From: Macrostomum hystrix
Lineage: Eukaryota; Animalia; Platyhelminthes
Reading direction: 5' to 3'
NCBI GenBank assembly: GCA_950097015.1
Contig: CATNEN010000001.1
Coordinates: forward strand, 5,208,001 to 5,272,000
DNA length: 64,000 nt
A program made the translations under genes and the position numbers. The notes under the pieces are model-generated. The model did not search any database, was not told the DNA's origin, and worked only from the letters and a program-made list of their open reading frames with translations. Positions 60,545 through 64,000 of the stretch are shown piece after piece. The stretch's first letter is position 1, and each line of letters begins with the position of its first letter.

Positions 60545-61310
60545 TTGTAAGAATCAAGTACTTCAAAATCAAGTAATCGGACACTTGCCTTCCATCATTT
60601 TCCGATCAAGGACGATCAGATGAAAAAAAGTCGCTGTAAGCGCTGAGACGGTAATATTTTAAGCCATCACTTTCTAAGATAGTTTGCTCCTGAAAATTTT
60701 TTTCGGAATCATGCTTCAAGGTACAGCTAGATAGGATTTCTGCCCCATACTATAGGGCGGCTCTATACAACATAGTTCCCTCCATTTCATTTGCGTTCAT
60801 TGACCACCTGCATGCAAGTGGTCAATGAACGCAATGCATGCGGGCTGTTGCTGCTGCTGAAATCGATTTATCGGCATTTCTGCATACTTTAGAGTGCAGC
60901 AGCAGGGAGGTTCAGTTGTACCTATCCATAGCAACTGTGTCTCCACTATGCAGACATGAATCCGAAATAAAATAAAGATTTTAAAATTCGACCAGATGTA
61001 CCGGAGTGGCACAATGTACAGCAAGTGGCACAACCGCCGTAACAGTTCAAAATTATCTAGAAAGCTAATATTCAGTCGCAGTTTTCTGCTAAGAGCATTG
61101 CGACACGCTGGTTCGTAGTACGTAGTAATAATCCGTCATAAGTGCCTGCGTGTTTGATATATTTTTTCCATTGTACAAGTTACGATAATAGTACGAAATC
61201 GTACAAGTTACAAAATAAGCATTTCTCTCTTTTTTCGATTGATTGCAAGTGCGGAAGACCATGAACTGATGCAAAATTTCAGTTTTATGGGTGGAAACAA
61301 TTAGCAAAAG

Positions 61311-63002
61311 TTATATCGTTGAGTCAAACGTCAGCGAATTCGATGACGACTTTGCTGTGACATCTTCGACTTCACTAGGACAGTCAGGGGCTTCAGACGC
61401 TGTCCCAAACGATGCGATTGCGTTGGCTTTACTGCTTCTACCGGTATTGTCGCTACGATGATCGCGTCGCCTTCTAGATCTTTCAATCATAACCTCGGCA
61501 CAGCCGTGCAGCAGCTCCAGCACCTCCAGTAGGGACAACAGCGACATGCCCAGGAACAGGCCGAGCAGACCCCCGACGTCTGCGATCAGCGAGTTGAAGC
61601 TGTAGGCAAGAGACAACTGGCTCTCCGGACTCATTCGCTCGGCTGCCGAGAGCGACAGCTGAACCATCGAAGCCCTGGCCGCTTCCGTGCTCTTGTTGTA
61701 CACCAGGTACTTGATGCCAGGTATCTCCACACCGTCCGCACCAATCAGGTTATTTTGAGCCAAATAATTTTTAAGAAACTGTTGCCACTCCCGGTCAGAA
61801 GGCCAACGACTAGAAGAGTACTCATTCGTGTAGGTTCTGCTCCGACAGGGCACTTTTTGCTCACACGCTCTTCGGCCTGAGTCTAGAATCGCTGCTCTCT
61901 TCGAGCTGAACTCTGCATTCAGCACATAGCTGCCAGAGTATTGGGAAATGTTGAAGCACGAGGGGAGAAGCCGGTACTCCCATGGCAGAGGCATTTTCCA
62001 AACAGTGCAATTAAACTGTTCATGTGATAGACGAGCCACTTCTCGGTGAAAGCAAGCCGCGTGGCTGTACTTGTACGTGAGCTTGCCGCCAGTGTACGGG
62101 TCGAAGTAGCTCACAGTAGCCTCGCTGCTACCATCGCAATGACCAGCAAAGTCGACCTCATTGTACACAATGTCCTGCATCTTTATCACGATTCTGTGCT
62201 GCTGGCCTGGACCAACAACCAACTGGCTGTGGAATGAGCCGGGCCGTTGACCCTTTGGCGTCAGAAAGACCCGAAATCCGTTCGATATCGTGAGGTCCAT
62301 GCCGTATTCCGGATCCCAGTCAATCGGTTTCATATCAACTGTCCCATCTGCAAATATGTGATTATCCTCCGTGCTGTTGTCAATCGGCTTCGGCACTGGT
62401 GGATCTAGGAAAAGAATAACTTGAATGATGTTGCTCGGATTCTGAGTAGAGATCCTATCCTTGCTGGTCAAGTTCAGACTGAAGCAGTTCAGAAAGAACG
62501 GATCATGATGAATGGCGCCCACCCAGTCTGTGTTGCCTTCAAGAAAAAAGAATATTATAGATGACAGCCGATGTCCCATTTTGTCCGACAGAAACCTGTA
62601 CGGCAGGCTATTGACCATGTAAATTCCATAGTTTTCCAGCGCTGAGTTCGGGTCAGATATGCCGAATGCCGATACAGTGCTATTAACTCGACGTCTGTAC
62701 TGACTGAGAAGGTTTGAGTCCTCTGCGCCAAGTGTGACAGAATAACTTCCCGAGATAGCGTTCTCATTGCAGATGTACACGTCCGGGAACTCGAATTCCA
62801 CAGCGTTTGCTCGCACGGTTGTGGCCACCTCCTTGCTGACAAATCTGCGGTAGGCATCGGACACGCGCAGGGTGCAATAGGAAAATGAAGCCAGCACCGC
62901 CATCAGCCAGATCAGCTTGATGTAGGACCTGCGCTCGCCTGTGAAGTGTACCAGACCATGCACTGTAGTCTCGGTCAGGTACTGGTTCACCGCTATGAAC
63001 AT
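61311..63002 (-). CDS. DEG/ENaC ion channel subunit, copy 3, intronless
   Basis: ETTVHGL, FEFPDVYICNEN, WPS and a TM2 identical to copy 2. Close paralog of 56648-58294. Confidence 0.94.
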   Translation of the reverse strand: MFIAVNQYLTETTVHGLVHFTGERRSYIKLIWLMAVLASFSYCTLRVSDAYRRFVSKEVATTVRANAVEFEFPDVYICNENAISGSYSVTLGAEDSNLLSQYRRRVNSTVSAFGISDPNSALENYGIYMVNSLPYRFLSDKMGHRLSSIIFFFLEGNTDWVGAIHHDPFFLNCFSLNLTSKDRISTQNPSNIIQVILFLDPPVPKPIDNSTEDNHIFADGTVDMKPIDWDPEYGMDLTISNGFRVFLTPKGQRPGSFHSQLVVGPGQQHRIVIKMQDIVYNEVDFAGHCDGSSEATVSYFDPYTGGKLTYKYSHAACFHREVARLSHEQFNCTVWKMPLPWEYRLLPSCFNISQYSGSYVLNAEFSSKRAAILDSGRRACEQKVPCRSRTYTNEYSSSRWPSDREWQQFLKNYLAQNNLIGADGVEIPGIKYLVYNKSTEAARASMVQLSLSAAERMSPESQLSLAYSFNSLIADVGGLLGLFLGMSLLSLLEVLELLHGCAEVMIERSRRRRDHRSDNTGRSSKANAIASFGTASEAPDCPSEVEDVTAKSSSNSLTFDSTI

Positions 63003-64000
63003 TCTGCGTTGCTCTTCGTCAATTTGAGGCCAGTCGGAGTCAGCTCAGAGTGCAGTATTTGCCGCGCTTAAATTTGCCCGCCCACTTCGCTGTGGATCAA
63101 TAAAGCTACCTTTTGCCGTAGTGCGAAGCAGCGCCTACAGGTTTGGAGATTCCGCGAAAATCATAGGTCTGTTAGGCGGATTGTTTACTCTTTTCTATAA
63201 GCAAGCTTGCCTTCAGTTGCTAGGCAGGCAACTGCTTTTTCTCTCTTCTCGTCTCATTTTCCTTCTCTCCAGTCTTCATCACTTTTGCGCTTTGTCTTTG
63301 GCTAGTATGACAGACGGTTGGTTTCCCAGGTTAGAGGAGAGTAGAACTGGGAGATGAAAATTGAGTAGTTGCCCCGCACAAGCGTTTCCATTGCTTCATT
63401 TTCATAAAAATTATGGGCGTATAAAGTAATAAATTTGCTATTTTATTACAGTATTCCCTGTGGTTGATTGGGAGGAATCTACGAGCGCGAGTCCGGCAAA
63501 AACGAGTTTGCCCAGCTGTTTTTGGTCACCATTTCCCTATCGTCCAATGAGATTTAGTGCTAAATCCACAGTCAAACCAACCTCGGCTGCCTTGAACCAG
63601 CCAGTTCCTCTTCTTCGACCTCACGGATCGATATGTAGCACCACTTCGCATAATTGCTTTCACCAATTGACATTGAAGAATTAGATTGGCGTGTAGATTA
63701 CTTTCAATAGAAATCCACATTAATTGAGCCAACAAACTATAAGAACCCTATATACCTGGAGTTCTTACCCGTGAAAGAAAAGATGCATTTTTATTTACCC
63801 GAAGCTAATTGGACTGAGTGGATTAAAAAAGTACCTGGTAGTTTCTCGGAAATTCAACGATTATAAATCAAAATTATTTAGGCCTAAAAGCTCCCAATGT
63901 CTACTGGAATTTTTTGTTTCTAGAAATTAAACGTGAGAAAACTCAAATATTCGCCAGAGAAAATATACTGTTCTACATATCATACAGCTAGGAAATGTTT

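Overview
Eukaryotic, intron-containing animal DNA. It looks like a lophotrochozoan invertebrate; the poly-Q/poly-A proteins and satellite-filled introns suggest a flatworm such as Macrostomum, but that is inference only. I built exon chains by hand from GT-AG sites and reading-frame phase. From left to right: (1) a minus-strand two-TM receptor guanylyl cyclase with a NIT (nitrate/nitrite-sensing) ectodomain, whose introns each carry a different minisatellite; (2) a C-type-lectin-like type I membrane protein; (3) a ~3860-aa twitchin/unc-22-type giant muscle kinase (15 exons, 14409-38551) with a mollusc-like Ig/Fn3 order and a D1-like PKA site, hosting three antisense nested genes (a small mucin-like membrane protein, a trypsin-like protease and a tandem ubiquitin-like-domain protein); (4) satellites, MITEs and a decayed IS630/Tc1 transposon; (5) an intronless TET dioxygenase that keeps the Fe(II) triad but has lost the 2-oxoglutarate-binding Arg and has an altered base pocket; (6) three tandem intronless DEG/ENaC channel genes with a gene-conversion-like tract over the pore region. 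Two tRNA-derived SINE families are dispersed throughout. The strongest candidates for novelty are the divergent TET, the NIT-guanylyl cyclase, the non-cleavable multi-UBL protein and the nested-gene architecture of twitchin.
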